The notes beneath the pieces were generated by a model that saw only the letters and a list, made by a program, of their open reading frames with translations, made no database searches and had not been told where the DNA came from. Shown one piece after another: positions 24,313-36,834 of a stretch of 64,000 nt of DNA. Within the stretch, counting starts at the first letter, position 1, and every line of letters starts with the position of its first letter. The stretch spans positions 82,045,105 to 82,109,104 of the forward strand of contig JASCQW010000190.1 in the NCBI GenBank assembly GCA_030264375.1. Direction: 5' to 3'. The stretch comes from Carcharhinus longimanus. Lineage: Eukaryota. Made by a program: the position numbers and the translations under genes.

Positions 24313-24940
24313 GTGCAGCATGTTACACAGTGGTTAGCATTACTGCCTCACAAATCCAGGGACCCGGGTTCAATTTCAGCCATGGATTAGTTAGTTTAAT
24401 TAGTTAGTTTATTTATCTGACACAAGTAGGCTTACATTAGCACTGCAATGAAGTTACGGTGAAAATCCCCTAGCCGCCACACTCCGGCACCTGCTCGAAT
24501 ACACTGAAGGAGAATTTAGCACAGCCAATGCACCTAATGTGCATGTCTTTTGGACTGTGGGAGGAAACCGGAACATTCAGGGGAAACTCATGCAGACCCA
24601 GGGAGAATGTGTAGACTCCGCACAGTGACCCAAGTCAAGAATCAAACCTGGGTCCCTGGCACTGTGAGACTGCAGTGCTAATCACTGTGCGGCCGTGCCA
24701 CCCCTGGGGACCACAGTAAATGTCTATGTTCTTCCAACGTCTGTGTGGGTTTCCTCAGGATGTTCTGGTTTCCTCGCACACTCCAAAAGCCATGATAAAT
24801 TGCCCCTTAATGTCAGGGAGATTAGGAGGGTAAATATATGAGGTTACAGGGATAGGACAGGACCTGGGTGGGACTGTTGTCACTGCAGGCTCAATGGGCC
24901 AAATGGCTCCCTTCTGCACCGTAGATTCTATGATTCTATA
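24313..24940 (+). mobile_element. HE1-type V-SINE type A split by a nested SINE
   Basis: Head at 24313-24386; body and tail at 24705-24940 (ATTCTATGATTCTA). Confidence 0.85.
24387..24704 (-). mobile_element. V-SINE type B nested in opposite orientation
   Basis: Full-length match to 3420-3716, with a (TTAG)n-type tail on the plus strand. Confidence 0.9.
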
Positions 24941-25261
24941 TTTTTAAAGGCAAAACTGAGTTGTTCCTGTCAAAGTTTCAATGTCAATGGGATTCAAGTC
25001 ATGCAGTTAGACTGGAATCAAGAGTTAGTTCCTATTCTAATTGTAGAAAGTACAGGATCGAGCCAGAGTGGTTGCTATAGTAATTTCAAATATAGTTTTG
25101 GGAGTTTATTTCATCTTCCATTTCGAACTGACCTTTGTCCTTATTTTTGTGATTGCCAGTAAAATTGACTGAAGCATTGCTTCATATTCAGGTATGTCAA
25201 TTATCATGATACACAAATGCATAGTAGCCTAATTTTTGTTCTCATCACATGGCTGCCATCT

Positions 25262-25516
25262 TTTTAAGTATTAGTGTCACAAGTAGGCTAACATTGACAC
25301 TGCAATGAAGTTACGGTGAAAATCCCCTGGAAGCCACACTCTGGCGCCTGTTTGGGTACATTGAGGGGAAATTTAGCACGGCCAATGCACCTAACTAGCA
25401 CATCTTTCTGATTGTTGAAGAAACCCATGCTAACACGGGGAAATGTGCAAACTTGGCTCAGTCAGTGACCCAAGCCGGGAATTGAACCAGGTTCTCTCGC
25501 TAACCACTGTCCCATC
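25262..25516 (-). mobile_element. V-SINE type B
   Basis: TTAGTGTCACAAGTAGGC..GCAATGAAGTTAC..GACCCAAGCCGGGAATTGAACC. Confidence 0.9.
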
Positions 25517-25959
25517 GACTTTGACTGTGACAGCAAATATGAGGTGCAAGCCATGAATTGGCCTGTCGTAACACCCTATGGCTCCTCACAAGCAGTGGGA
25601 GAAATTAGCAACATACTTGCAGTCAAAGCCAACATGATGAACAGTCAGTAAGACTGTATCGTTTGGGTTGCCTGAAGACCTTTCTCTCCCACAAAGTAAG
25701 TTCCTCAAATTAGTGACAGATGTCCCTTAGCTGAACTACAGGAGTTAGCCTGTGTGAATACTTTAATAAAAGGCTAGCATACCCACAATAAGCTATTTTG
25801 GAGTTAGTCATTAATTTGATTGGATCCAGACCAACTGCACAGTTAATTCTTGGACTCAAGTCGTACAGCTGCCTGACTTCTTTCTTTTGTCTACCACAGA
25901 TTTTCTCTGCCTTCCACTTTCATTTACCAATTTGCTGTCTTCCATTTTCAGATTATTTA

Positions 25960-26320
25960 CATTTTAGATGCACTAAAATTTCATAAGGACATTGCAGACT
26001 GAGAACAAGTAGTAAGAAAATGAGGAGATAAGCCATTGGTGATTGAAAATATGGGCGTTAGGAGACTTTTGAAGCTATCTTTTTATGTATTAGTGCCACA
26101 AGTAGGCTAACATTAACACTGCAATGAAGTTACTGTGAAAATCCCCTGGAAGCCACGCTTCGGAGCCTGTGGCGAGATACTGTTTAGAAAGAGAATTCAA
26201 GAGAATGCATTAGAAAGTCACTGCCTTTCATGAAGGGGAGAAGGCATGATTTGGGGAGAATCAGGGAGGGCAAACTTGGGTCCTACATATTATTGAGTGT
26301 GGTGGAAGTTCACATTCTTC
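25960..26320 (-). mobile_element. L2 3' fragment with a V-SINE type B tail (26080-26172) inserted
   Basis: Similar to 23520-23845 (GGAGACTTTTGAAG..AGAGAATTCAAGAG). The SINE tail matches type B. Confidence 0.55.
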
Positions 26321-26337
26321 GTGCATTGACTTAAATG

Positions 26338-26780
26338 GGGCAGCATGGAGGCACAGTGGTTAGCACTGCTGCCTCACAGTGCCAGAGACCTGGGTTTGAC
26401 TCCCAGCTTGGGTCACTGTCTGCGTGGAGTTTGCATGTTCTCCCTGTGTCTATGTGTGTTTCCTCCGGGTGCTCTGGTTTCCTCCCACAGTTTGAAACAC
26501 GTGCTGGTTTGGTGCATTGACCCAAACAGGCGCTGGAGCATGGCAACTAGGAGAATTTCACAGGAACTTCATTGNNNNNNNNNNNNNNNNNNNNNNNNNN
26601 NNNNNNNNNNNNNNNNNNNNNNNNNNNNNNNNNNNNNNNNNNNNNNNNNNNNNNNNNNNNNNNNNNNNNNNNNNCCCAAACAGGCGCTGGAGCATGGCAA
26701 CTAGGAGAATTTCACAGGAACGTCATTGCAATGTTAATGTAAGTCTTACTTGCGATTAATAAATGAACTTTAACTTTAAA
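26338..26780 (+). mobile_element. V-SINE type B (gap inside)
   Basis: GGGCAGCATGGAGGCACAGTGGTTAGCACTGCTGCCTCACAG head; tail CATTGCAATGTTAATGTAAG..AATAAATGAACTTTAACTTT. Confidence 0.9.
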
Positions 26781-26791
26781 ACAACTTTGAC

Positions 26792-27178
26792 TGTGAGGAT
26801 TCTTGTTTTGATACAAAAGAGTTCCTATTTATTAAACATAAGTTACTTACAGTATTTCTTTTCATCTTTCCGAGATCAGTTGGACTTGATTCAAGTGTAA
26901 ATTATCAACTGTAAACAGCTGTTTAGACTTGCTGACTTGGCTGGGAGCTACAGAGTGTGAAGCAAAAACCTAGTGTGAACCATTGCACCTTTTATCAGAG
27001 CAACTTAGTCATCACCCTGCGGTGCTATGTCTGCACTCCAGCTATATATATTATATATATATGTTCATGTGTTGAAGTCTTACAGCTCATTTGTAATTAG
27101 CTTGACTGTCTGCCAATGGAGATTTAGCTTTAAATAAATATATTGTAAATATACTATACAATTTAGATCTTAGTAACG
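26792..27178 (-). mobile_element. Probable solo LTR
   Basis: TG-start end, TTTATT (poly-A signal on the minus strand) near 26828, TATA-rich segment near 27045. Confidence 0.4.
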
Positions 27179-28634
27179 TTGTTCATTGCATATATGATGT
27201 ACATATAGGTATATGTAGAACTCCAATGATTAGGTGAATAAATATACATAACCTACAGTACTGAGTCATACAAACCAAATTCCATCTGTGCTAATGCTGA
27301 ATCTGCTGATCTCAATGATTACCACATCAAAGGCACTGGAGCTCCAATTTGCCTGAATGTTCTAGCACCAAGATAGACAAAATGAATGACTCGGCCAGTG
27401 TGCTTGCTCTTGCTTTGTACCCCCATGTTGGAAAGTATGCATCTATAAATGAGGAAATGGCTGTGATGCCCCCATGGTGGAACGCCCTGCTGACACTTTT
27501 TGTCTAGACTAATGCCAATCATTATAATCTGGGCAAAGCACCACAGCTTTCTATTGCCTGTAGAACCACACTGGTGTATTTCAAGTGGGGAGGGAAAATT
27601 GGGGAAAAATATACATATATCTGCTAGCTTTTCTAAGACAATAATAAAGTGAACTTTTAGTATTATGTAAGATGAGAGAGTTAACAGCTGGAGAAAATGT
27701 TACGGCCTGGAATCTGTTGTGTGTTATAGGCTTGGGAATCTACACCACCTTATAGATATGGACAATAAATTTGAGTGTAATAAAATCTGTACCACACAAT
27801 TTCAACTGTAGTGATATTGCAATATGATTGATATTAGTGTTACTGCACCATTTGACTCATATTATAATCGCATTGGTTTTATTTTCATTAAACATATCAC
27901 ACAAGTTAAAATATTAGGGTGTTACTATCAGATGAAGAGGGATCAAGTGACTCCCCTCTTTTTCTTCTCTTCATATTACCACAACAGTTCTTTTAAAGGT
28001 TATACTTGCCAATTCCATAAATGTTTGACTGTTCATGTTCTGCGACCATAAAACGCACAATCAGACAGGTTTTCAATAAGAAAAGAGGATAATTTTTATT
28101 GTACTTACCTTTGTCTTAATAAAGTAATGAAAAAAGCTCCAATATTCACACATGTGCAGACTCAATGTCCTCACACGCACAAATAGATTACAGACTGGGA
28201 GGATAGATTAAGCAAATTAGAGTCCAGTAAAATTAAAGGGGTATACAGCTATTGAAGGTTGTTGACTTTTCTGCCTTCAGGCAGAACTAGGTGGTCCTTC
28301 TGCTTTGGGTATTGAAGCGGTTTGAAGATGTCAGCAGACAATTTATCTATTCTTCTGGAGGCTGCAGTGCTGTGTTGTGTTCTTTTGAAAATTTCTCTTT
28401 GCAGCATCTGGATAGTCAAAATCAGCAGACAGCATAAAACTTACAAACTGGGTGGAGATAGAGAGTATGGGCACTAATTCAGGGTCTTTCTCCTTCAGTT
28501 GCTAATCCTCTTCTGCAAGAAAAAAAGACAATTGCTTACATGCACTAAGGGCTAACTTGTCATAAGACACTCTCCCTAGCTGCCCATTGACCCAAATACA
28601 ATCATAGCTAGCGTACTCCAGTTGTAACTTGATT

Positions 28635-28920
28635 ATAGAGTCATAGATTCATAGATGTTTACAGCATGGAAACAGGCCTTTCAGCCCACCTTGTCCATGC
28701 TGCCACTTTGTTTTTAATCACTAAGCTAGTCCCTGTTGCCCGCATTTGGCCCATATCCCTCTATAGACCCTTACCCATGTAACTGTCTAAACACTTTTTA
28801 AAAGACAAAATTTTATGCGCTTCTACTATTACGTTTGACAGCTCATTCCAGACACCCGCTATCCTCTGTGTGAAAGTATTGCCCCTCTGGGCCCTTTTGT
28901 ATCTCTTTCCTCTCATCTTA
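28635..28920 (-). mobile_element. CR1/HER1 LINE 3' end
   Basis: ATAGAGTCATAGA tail, ACAGCATGGAAACAGGCC, GCATTTGGCCCATATCCCTCT. Nearly the same as 59080-59350. Confidence 0.85.
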
Positions 28921-29260
28921 GATCATGGCTCGGAATTCATCTCTCATCCAGATTCCATTGCCCAAGTGATTATGTCTATTGCTTTGTCCCTCTCCAGTTG
29001 AGTATCACAGTGATTGTTTTGAAACTTGCTAATGGAATAGATGATGGTCGCTATTCATACTCTAAATTGCTGGTATGATTTTGTAGAAAGGTTGTCTCCA
29101 TTTCAAAAGCTTTGCAATGTCGAAGGTGCAGTGATGCAAATGTACTGCAACTTTTGACTGTGGTCCCAAATCACTGGAATGTACTATAGTTATTTTTTTT
29201 AAAATCAATTCAGGATTTCCTGCCAGTAAATTCAGAAAAAACAGTTTTCATATAAATAAA

Positions 29261-29580
29261 ATCATAGAATCCCAACAGTGCAGAAAGGGGTCATTCAGTC
29301 CATGAAGCCTGCACTGACAACAATCCCACCCAGTCCCTACCCCCATAACCTGATGTATTTACCCTGCTAATCTCCCTGACACTAAGGGGCGATTGACCAT
29401 GGCCAATCAACCTAACTTGCACATCTTTGCACTGTGGGAGGAAACCGGAACACCAGGAGGAAACCCGCGTAGACAAGGGGCAGCCATGCAAACTCCACAA
29501 AGACAGTTACCCAAATCTGGAATTGAACCTGGGTCCCTGGCGCTGTGAGGCAGCAGTGCTATCTACTGTGCCACCATGCC
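29261..29580 (-). mobile_element. HE1-type V-SINE type A, full length
   Basis: ATCATAGAATCC tail through GGGTCCCTGGCGCTGTGAGGCAGCAGTGCTA..TGTGCCACCATGCC head. Confidence 0.92.
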
Positions 29581-32549
29581 ATTTTCACACAACAGAGAGA
29601 TAAATTCCTACCATAGAATCATTACCAAATCTTTCCATCATATCATTAACCCAGAATGAGGCAATAAAGAGGACATTTTCATTTATGTGCTTGCTGAACT
29701 CAGTTGTGGCCACTGAGAGCATATAGTCGGTAACTTGGGGCCCACATGAATTTCGTAAATGTAGTCTGACAGATGGGCAGGAAACTCACTGTTAATTTGT
29801 TTCTCATCTTCATTTAAAATAATTCAAACAGAGCCATTATTATTCCTAAATTTCCCAGATGGTACAGGTATGTGCCAACTGCCCGAGTAAGTTGTATCAA
29901 ATATATTTTAGCTGATATTCTGAGCCTCTGTAGGTAACCCTCAGGATGGGTAGGGAATGGATGCAGCCTCAGTCCCTGCTGCAGAACAGCATGGCCAGCA
30001 GCATGGACTCAAATCAACCCTTTACATTCACTGTTAATAATGCCTAAGTCTGTGCAAGAATTATCCTTTGATGAACTTCACAGGCCCAGTTTATAATCTT
30101 ACTATCATGATCCTGAATGCCAGAAAAACACAAGAAAGTTCCAAGTGCTTAGCATTACTCCAGTGCAGATGATGGAAAGTACATCAGTTGATACATGCTT
30201 ATTATTTACATGTCATTACGATGCTCCTTCTCGCATTTATCCACCCCTTGTCAATTTTGGTAAAAAATTCCAGTAGCAAAGGATAGCAGCAGCCAACAGG
30301 CCAGCTCCTGAAGGATTGCCAACCACAGTTGCAGGTTTGCTAAGACATCCTGAATTTTGCCTCGATCTGATGTACAAATGCACTCCAATAGCTGATTGAT
30401 CTTCTTGATGACTGTTCCATATTGCAGCATAAAGAGGATGGAAGGATTGCACTGTGCTATGGGAGGGGGAGTTGGGCAATCATGATATTTAAAGAAGGAT
30501 TTTTTAACAGAAGATTATTATTCCCTTTCTTGGGGTTGAGGGCTCAAGGAGTTGCCATGTCTTGCTGACGAACTTCTCAATGGAGTCCTTCCAAGTACAT
30601 TGAACCCCGAGTGAACATATTTAAAACATTTAATGCGGCATAGTGCAGCTTGCTTAACAGAAGAGCCCATAAATTTATCAGTGGAACCAATGCCTGCAAA
30701 GATTGACAAAGTTTATCCCACTTCTAAGTTGGTATGTTTTAACATGTCTCATACACTCAAGAAACAAGTGCAATACCAAATCTTCACCCATAACATCTGA
30801 ACAGGGTAGTATAAATTGCATTTTAATATTGAAATGTGGCCACTCATACCATTAGCACAAACTATTATTTGGATCTTGCTTGCTTGTTGGAAAATTATGT
30901 GTGCCACAATTCACTTGCTTGGTGCCAGCAGCTCAATTTTAGGCTAACCTAACTGACTACAGGCTTCATACTAGTACTAGAGCCCCACAAAATTAATGTA
31001 TTGATCTCCTTCTTCACTGTTTCAGTAGTAATTCTCACCTCATCAGACAGCTCCTTGCTAGACAGTTTCCCTTCTCCCACACCATTTAAGCTGTGCTTTG
31101 CCTAATTCCAGTCAGTGCCAAATTAGGGATGGTTTTGTATTTTTGATCCATGCCCACTAGGCACTCAGAAGCAGTAAGTATTGCATCAACATGTATCTAA
31201 GTCATTGTGTGTTTATAAAAAAATTCCAAATTTTATTTCATGAAGATAGTGTTTTACAGTCAATCACCTATGAAGAAATATTTACTTTATGTGACTACAT
31301 CTTGCAGTATATTCTGTTTATATCATGCACCTTAATATATAAATAAATATTGAATACATTTTTTCTTGGACTTTGCTTATATGGACAGATGAAGACTGCC
31401 TGTGCAATTCCTAAACCGCATGTATGACATATAGCAGACACCCACTCAACTGCTGCTTCCTATGAGTTGGAGACCTGATTTCCTGTGCTGTACTAGTGAC
31501 CACATACCAGTCCATGATTTTACCATGGACTAAATGTAATGAACTCTCCATGTCCAACCGGATATCAGATTCCTTCTCCTGAATGCTTTAGCATTCTTCC
31601 TGTTATCTATTCTTCAGCTTGGAGGTATGACAGGAAACAGTCTGATATAATGATTTACCCTTGGTCACCATCACTACTTGACCATATGGGGCTGGTTGAT
31701 TCTGGTAACATTGGAAAAAAAGTGTCTTCAATTGTAGCATCTCTTGCACTGCCCTGCCTGGGATGAAGTAACAGTGTAGGTTAGGAATCGAATCCAGGTT
31801 CCTCCTAGACAATGTAGTCCGGCATCACATGGGCAGTATAATTAGCAACAAGGCTACAGTGGGCAGTGCCCAGTTTTCACATTACAAAAAGGTAACAGAA
31901 ATCACATCCTTAAATTGTCCTTTGGGACTCGGATAACTCCATTCACATGTGCCAGGATAAATCAGACTTCCCAGGCCTCACCCATTGCGAAGTCTTGAGA
32001 GAGCATTTTATAAATGATGCCCCAGTCAATTTTTGCCTTCCAGCTGAGAAGCAGCCGGCTGTACACAGGGTCCCCACACCGGCTCAGAGCTGAGAGTAAA
32101 CTGAGGGAAATTATAAGGGGTAGAAATATTTTTTGTAAAGCAATCTCCCTGCCATGAACCTTTTTATAGTTAGCTCTAAGGTCGTCCCTTCATTTGTGCC
32201 ATTAATGAATTCAGAAAATGGTGCCCGTGGCCTCAGTTCCACCTTGGCACCTGTTCTTTCAAATCGAAGTGCCTGCTGATCAGTTGCTAGTAGCTTCAGA
32301 AAATACAATATGCAGTGATGTATCACACAGCAGACTGAATTAGTGGACGTGATGGACTTGAACAAAAGTGCTTCTTTACCAGTTATGAACCTTGCTTGAA
32401 CTGAACTACTGTGCAGTGACAGTTGTGCATACATTCTCTGGCCAAGGGACGGTTTATAGAACATGAAGTCCAAAAAGAGCGGAGAATAGATAGCTTATTT
32501 CTCAGGAACAGGTAAATACTGATAATTATATCTCACATCAGCTCCTCAA

Positions 32550-32880
32550 GGACATAGTTGGTGAGTGCATTCCCAATATGGTACTGACTCACGCAAATCT
32601 GGCAGGTGCCCTTTTTAATCCCCAGTCTTTGCTATAGCTAATTAATCTCAACCAGCATCTCGCCATCCCTGGGATACATGCTAGATAATCAATCAGCTGG
32701 GTTTCCTCTATTGTCCTGTGCTGGAAGTATGCATATGCATATGGGTATTGGATGAAGACAAGTTTAGGCTCTATTGTGATTCCTTTCATGGTCAGTTAAT
32801 CTGTCAATACATACTGCCTGAGTTCACCCACGAAGGATGGCCACTTAGGTGAGATATAAAGGGGTTTTGGGTTTAGGGAA
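32550..32880 (+). mobile_element. Old tRNA-derived SINE (recurrent family)
   Basis: TGGTACTGACTCA..CCCAGTCTTTGCT..AATCAGCTGGGTTTCC..GATGAAGACAAG..CGAAGGATGGCCACTTAGGTGAG. Confidence 0.55.
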
Positions 32881-33842
32881 GGTGGACAGAAGCTGCACTA
32901 AGTAATTTCATGCACTCCATGATGGTGCGAGCATGTCACTTGGACATGTCACACTACTATTTGAACCTTGAAATCTGAAGTCCCGCTATGAATTTGCTTC
33001 AGATTTTTCCGGTAGATTTTACATAAAAGCATGAACACCATTACATTATCATTTCAGATTAATCTAGAAATAATCTGCAGTTAATTATGGAATAAATGTA
33101 CAGTACTTGTTATATTAATTTGATGCTCTTTTCATGCAAATACAAAAGAGCTGCTAATGAAATGCTGCGCATGTAGTGCGCATTGTTCAGTTTTTATTCA
33201 GTGTTACAGTCTCAATTCAGCTGAAGCCAAATGGTTCATAGTTTTGGAATGAAAAGTCAAAAATATCCCCTTTCAGAAGGAGAAAATTAATTTCAATCTT
33301 TTTTGCAACAATTGAATTCTCCAGCCCAAGGCATTATCTTTCAAAATGAATAAATCAAAATTTGCACCATTCCTTTTAAGCTTGTGAGTGTCTTTTGTAA
33401 GACTATTTTGGTGGATTATGTATTCATCGAGGTGAGGGATTTCAGCATTGGCATTTGGGGCATATTCCATTTTGGAAGCCCAGTTTCAGCATCAGAAACT
33501 CCAAGGAATGCTCCAGCATAGGTGCAATTCTAGGCTCATGTGTCAATAGTGGCAAGCACTGCAAGGGTTGGGCAAATTGGGAGGAAATGATCACACAATC
33601 ACTGCCATTATCTTTCATCAACCCATTGTGTATGTCAAGATTCAGTTAAACCTGATGGTAAATAATTTATTAATTTAACTTTTGAATTCTTAACTCTGGT
33701 CATCTTGCCATTCAAATCCCTTGTCTAAATTTTTCCTCTGGGGTCCCAGTTAGACTTAAGCTTAATTCAGACTTGCAAATTTAAGCTTTTATCCCCATCC
33801 GCTCCTTCACCCTGACCTTCATCCCTGCTTGTGGATGGAGTA

Positions 33843-34142
33843 GATCATAGAATCATAGACTCCCTATACAGAAGGAGGCCATTCAGCCCATCTAGTCTGC
33901 ACCGATTTTCTGACAGAGTATCTTACGCGGGCCATTTTCCCCACCCTATCTCCGTAACCCTGCATATTTATGATGGCTAATCCATTTAATTTACTCATCT
34001 TGGGACACTAAGGGGCATTTTATTTTATCATGGACAATCCACATAACCCACACATTTTTGGGCTATGGGAGGAAACCAGAGCACCCAGAGGAAACCCATG
34101 CAGACACAGGGAGAACGTGCAGATGCCACACAGGCAGTGACC
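33843..34142 (-). mobile_element. HE1-type V-SINE type A (head lost in gap)
   Basis: CATAGAATCATAGA tail and GGGAGGAAACCAGAGCACCCAGAGGAAACCCATGCAGACAC core. Confidence 0.9.
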
Positions 34143-34483
34143 NNNNNNNNNNNNNNNNNNNNNNNNNNNNNNNNNNNNNNNNNNNNNNNNNNNNNNNNNN
34201 NNNNNNNNNNNNNNNNNNNNNNNNNNNNNNNNNNNNNNNNNNNNNNNNNNNNNNNNNATAATTGTGTGATCCCTTCAAATGGAATTGTCAATTTATGCTA
34301 GTTTTTGTCAGTTATGACAGACTTGTCTTCCTGTTCTGGTGAATTTGATTATGTCCAAACTAATTTTATTTAGGGTACTTAAAGCCAGCAGACATTGAAG
34401 ACTGTCATCCAATCAGTTTGTGCCAATTATAAAAGATCAACACTATTCAGCTGATTGGTGAAGCTGATTGGCTGTTGGTGTGA

Positions 34484-34792
34484 GGGGTGGCACAGTGGTT
34501 AGCACTGCTGCCTCACAGCACCAGAGACCTGGGTTCAATTCCGACCTACGGTAACTGTGTGGAGTTTGCACGTTCTCCCTGTGTCTGCATGGGTTCCCTC
34601 CAGGTGCTCTGGTTTCCTTCCACGGTCCAAAAATGTGTGGGTTAGATGAATTGGCCATGCTAAATTGTCCCCTTGTGTCAGGGGTAGCAGCTGGGGTAAA
34701 TGCAAGGGATTATGGGGATAGGGTCGGAGTGCGATTGTGGTCGATGCAAACACGATGGGCCGATTGGCTTCCTTTTGCACTGTGAGATTCTA
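34484..34792 (+). mobile_element. HE1-type V-SINE type A
   Basis: GGTGGCACAGTGGTTAGCACTGCTGCCTCACAG, GGGTTCAATTCC, V-domain, tail. Confidence 0.92.
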
Positions 34793-35249
34793 ACCCACAG
34801 TACCCATAACACTTTGAAGCCATCTTCACTTTTCCAGGTCATAGGCCATCTCAGAGCTTGACAGAGATCATAAACAGTATGCCTAGAATTGAGGGAAGGA
34901 AGAGGATGTTTATTGTGAACTACATTCAGTTAGTACACTAACTAGTGACAGGATTAATGTATGTCATTGATTCAAGCGATCTTACATAGTAAAGATGAAC
35001 ATACAAATAGTTTGGCTAAGAAAAAGCCTATTTATCCATCTAGACAGTCCCACACAGTGATAATGTTGTCCAATATATTAGATACATGCGACACCTGCCC
35101 TGAGCCACGTCATACTCTGGAACAGGCCCGATTTACTTTAGTGAGAAATTTTTTCTGTGATACAGGGCAATTGGAACTAGCTCAGGTGATCACTGATTTG
35201 TAATACAGGTGTAGGAAATGATCAATTTGGTGAAGTCCAATGGGATAGC

Positions 35250-36203
35250 CACCTTCTCCATCCTTTTCCCCTCCTCTGCATCATTGATTAACATTAGTAA
35301 CATCATCCAGAGTCATGGGACCAGCTTCCACGTGCATGTCAATGACAACCAGCTCTACCTAATTACCATCTCCCTTTACCCCTCTACTGACTCTGCATTG
35401 TCAGATTGTTTGCTGTCATTCAGTCTTAGGCAAGTCATAATTTCTGCCAGTTAGAGAAGACTGAAACTTTTATGTCCGGCCACAAATTGTGTTATTTACC
35501 ACTAATTTCATCTCTGTCCCCCACCAGAGACACAGGCTGAAATTTACTGCTATCTTATCGTTGTATTCAAGCCTGAGTGGTGTTCTGATCTCATGTGCCC
35601 TCCATCACAAAGATTGCCTTTGCCTCTGTTTCAGCCCATTTACTGCTATAGCTCCCATCATTGCCTTTGTCAGCTCCAGACTTGATTATTCCAGATCCCT
35701 CTTGTATGACTTCACCAGGTTAATTAATGTCATCTCATTGATGAAGATTGCTCTGAACATTGCCGGAGATGGTAGCCCACTCAGTGTATAGCCCACTGCC
35801 AGAACATAGCACAAAACAGACATACTATTCCTTTAGTCAGCCTGGGAATTATTCTATACTGTATCAAGTCTTGATCACCTATCACCTTGCTAATCTATGT
35901 TGGCTCCTGATTCTTTAACAATTTAAAATTCTCTTGATGCCTCTGATCTCTTAGGTATGCTATTTCCTGTTTCCCCCACCCACTGATGACTCTGTCTTCT
36001 GTTACCAAGGCCTCATATTCTAGAATTCTCTCTTTAAACCTCTCTGTCATCCTCTTCAACTTTCAATATTGTTTTAAATCCCAACTTTAATCAAGGTTTC
36101 CCTTCTAATATCTCCTTTGGTTTGGCGACTATTTTAGACTGATTGTGTCTTTCTGAAGCACCTTGGGATATTTCACTACATTAAGGGTATTGTCTGTTGT
36201 TGA
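35250..36203 (+). mobile_element. L2 LINE, RT to 3' end, decayed and deleted
   Basis: NIIQSHGTSFHVHVNDNQLYL (cf. DIIRKHGVSFHMYADDTQLYL); AFVSSRLDYS; 3' end GAAGCACCTTGGGATATTTCACTACATTAAGGG. Confidence 0.75.
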
Positions 36204-36834
36204 CATACAAATCTGCACTTTGTAAATGATTTCATGCTTCCTTTAACATCAAGAATTGTTTAGGGAATATTGTATTCAGCGCTTGTCAGTATTCTGTTCC
36301 CTGTCTCACTGAGTTTGGACTCATGTGGCCTCTAGCTTGCAAAGCTGATCCTCCTTCTAACCTTGAACATTAGCTCAGCTGTAGTTTTGCTCTCTGGTGC
36401 TTCCCCCTTACACTCAGTGTGGGAGTCTACATTCTGTGATGGTAATCTCACTCCAGATGACTGTAGCTCATCCGTACAGATTTCAAAACAGAGCAAGTAA
36501 CAGAATGACAATGTGAGAAAGCCGATTTTTGCTCTCATTCTATAACTACTGAGGTTTGTAGCACAGGCTGAGAATGGAGCTGCATTATCTTAGGGAAGAG
36601 ATTTTTACATTCAGAAGCAATTAGTTGGCCTTCAAGCCTAGATTCTTGGTCTTGTAGCTCCCACGCTTTGGATACTAATTGGCCGGCAAGCTCCTAGTGT
36701 AATCGGTAGGAAGCATATATACATGTCCAACTAAAGGCCTGCCTGCTGTAATGGTTAAGGAAAATGGACTGGCAATAGGAGCACATATAGTAAGTATTTA
36801 AAGCCCAGAATAACTTAAGAATAATAACTAAGAC

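Larger units (their letters stand above)
28036..29594 (-). mobile_element. Solo LTR (Gypsy-type) with nested CR1 and HE1 insertions
   Basis: TGTT...AACA ends, TTTATT at ~28095. Reverse of the organisation seen at 37.9 kb. Confidence 0.5.

Noticed and set aside
32506-32511. Possible 6-nt microexon (ctcag GAACAG gtaaat)
   Set aside because: Weak polypyrimidine tract and no supporting gene context; expected by chance.
34484-34550. tRNA-like A and B boxes, here and in other SINE heads
   Set aside because: They are SINE heads continuing into the V-domain; no full cloverleaf is evident.
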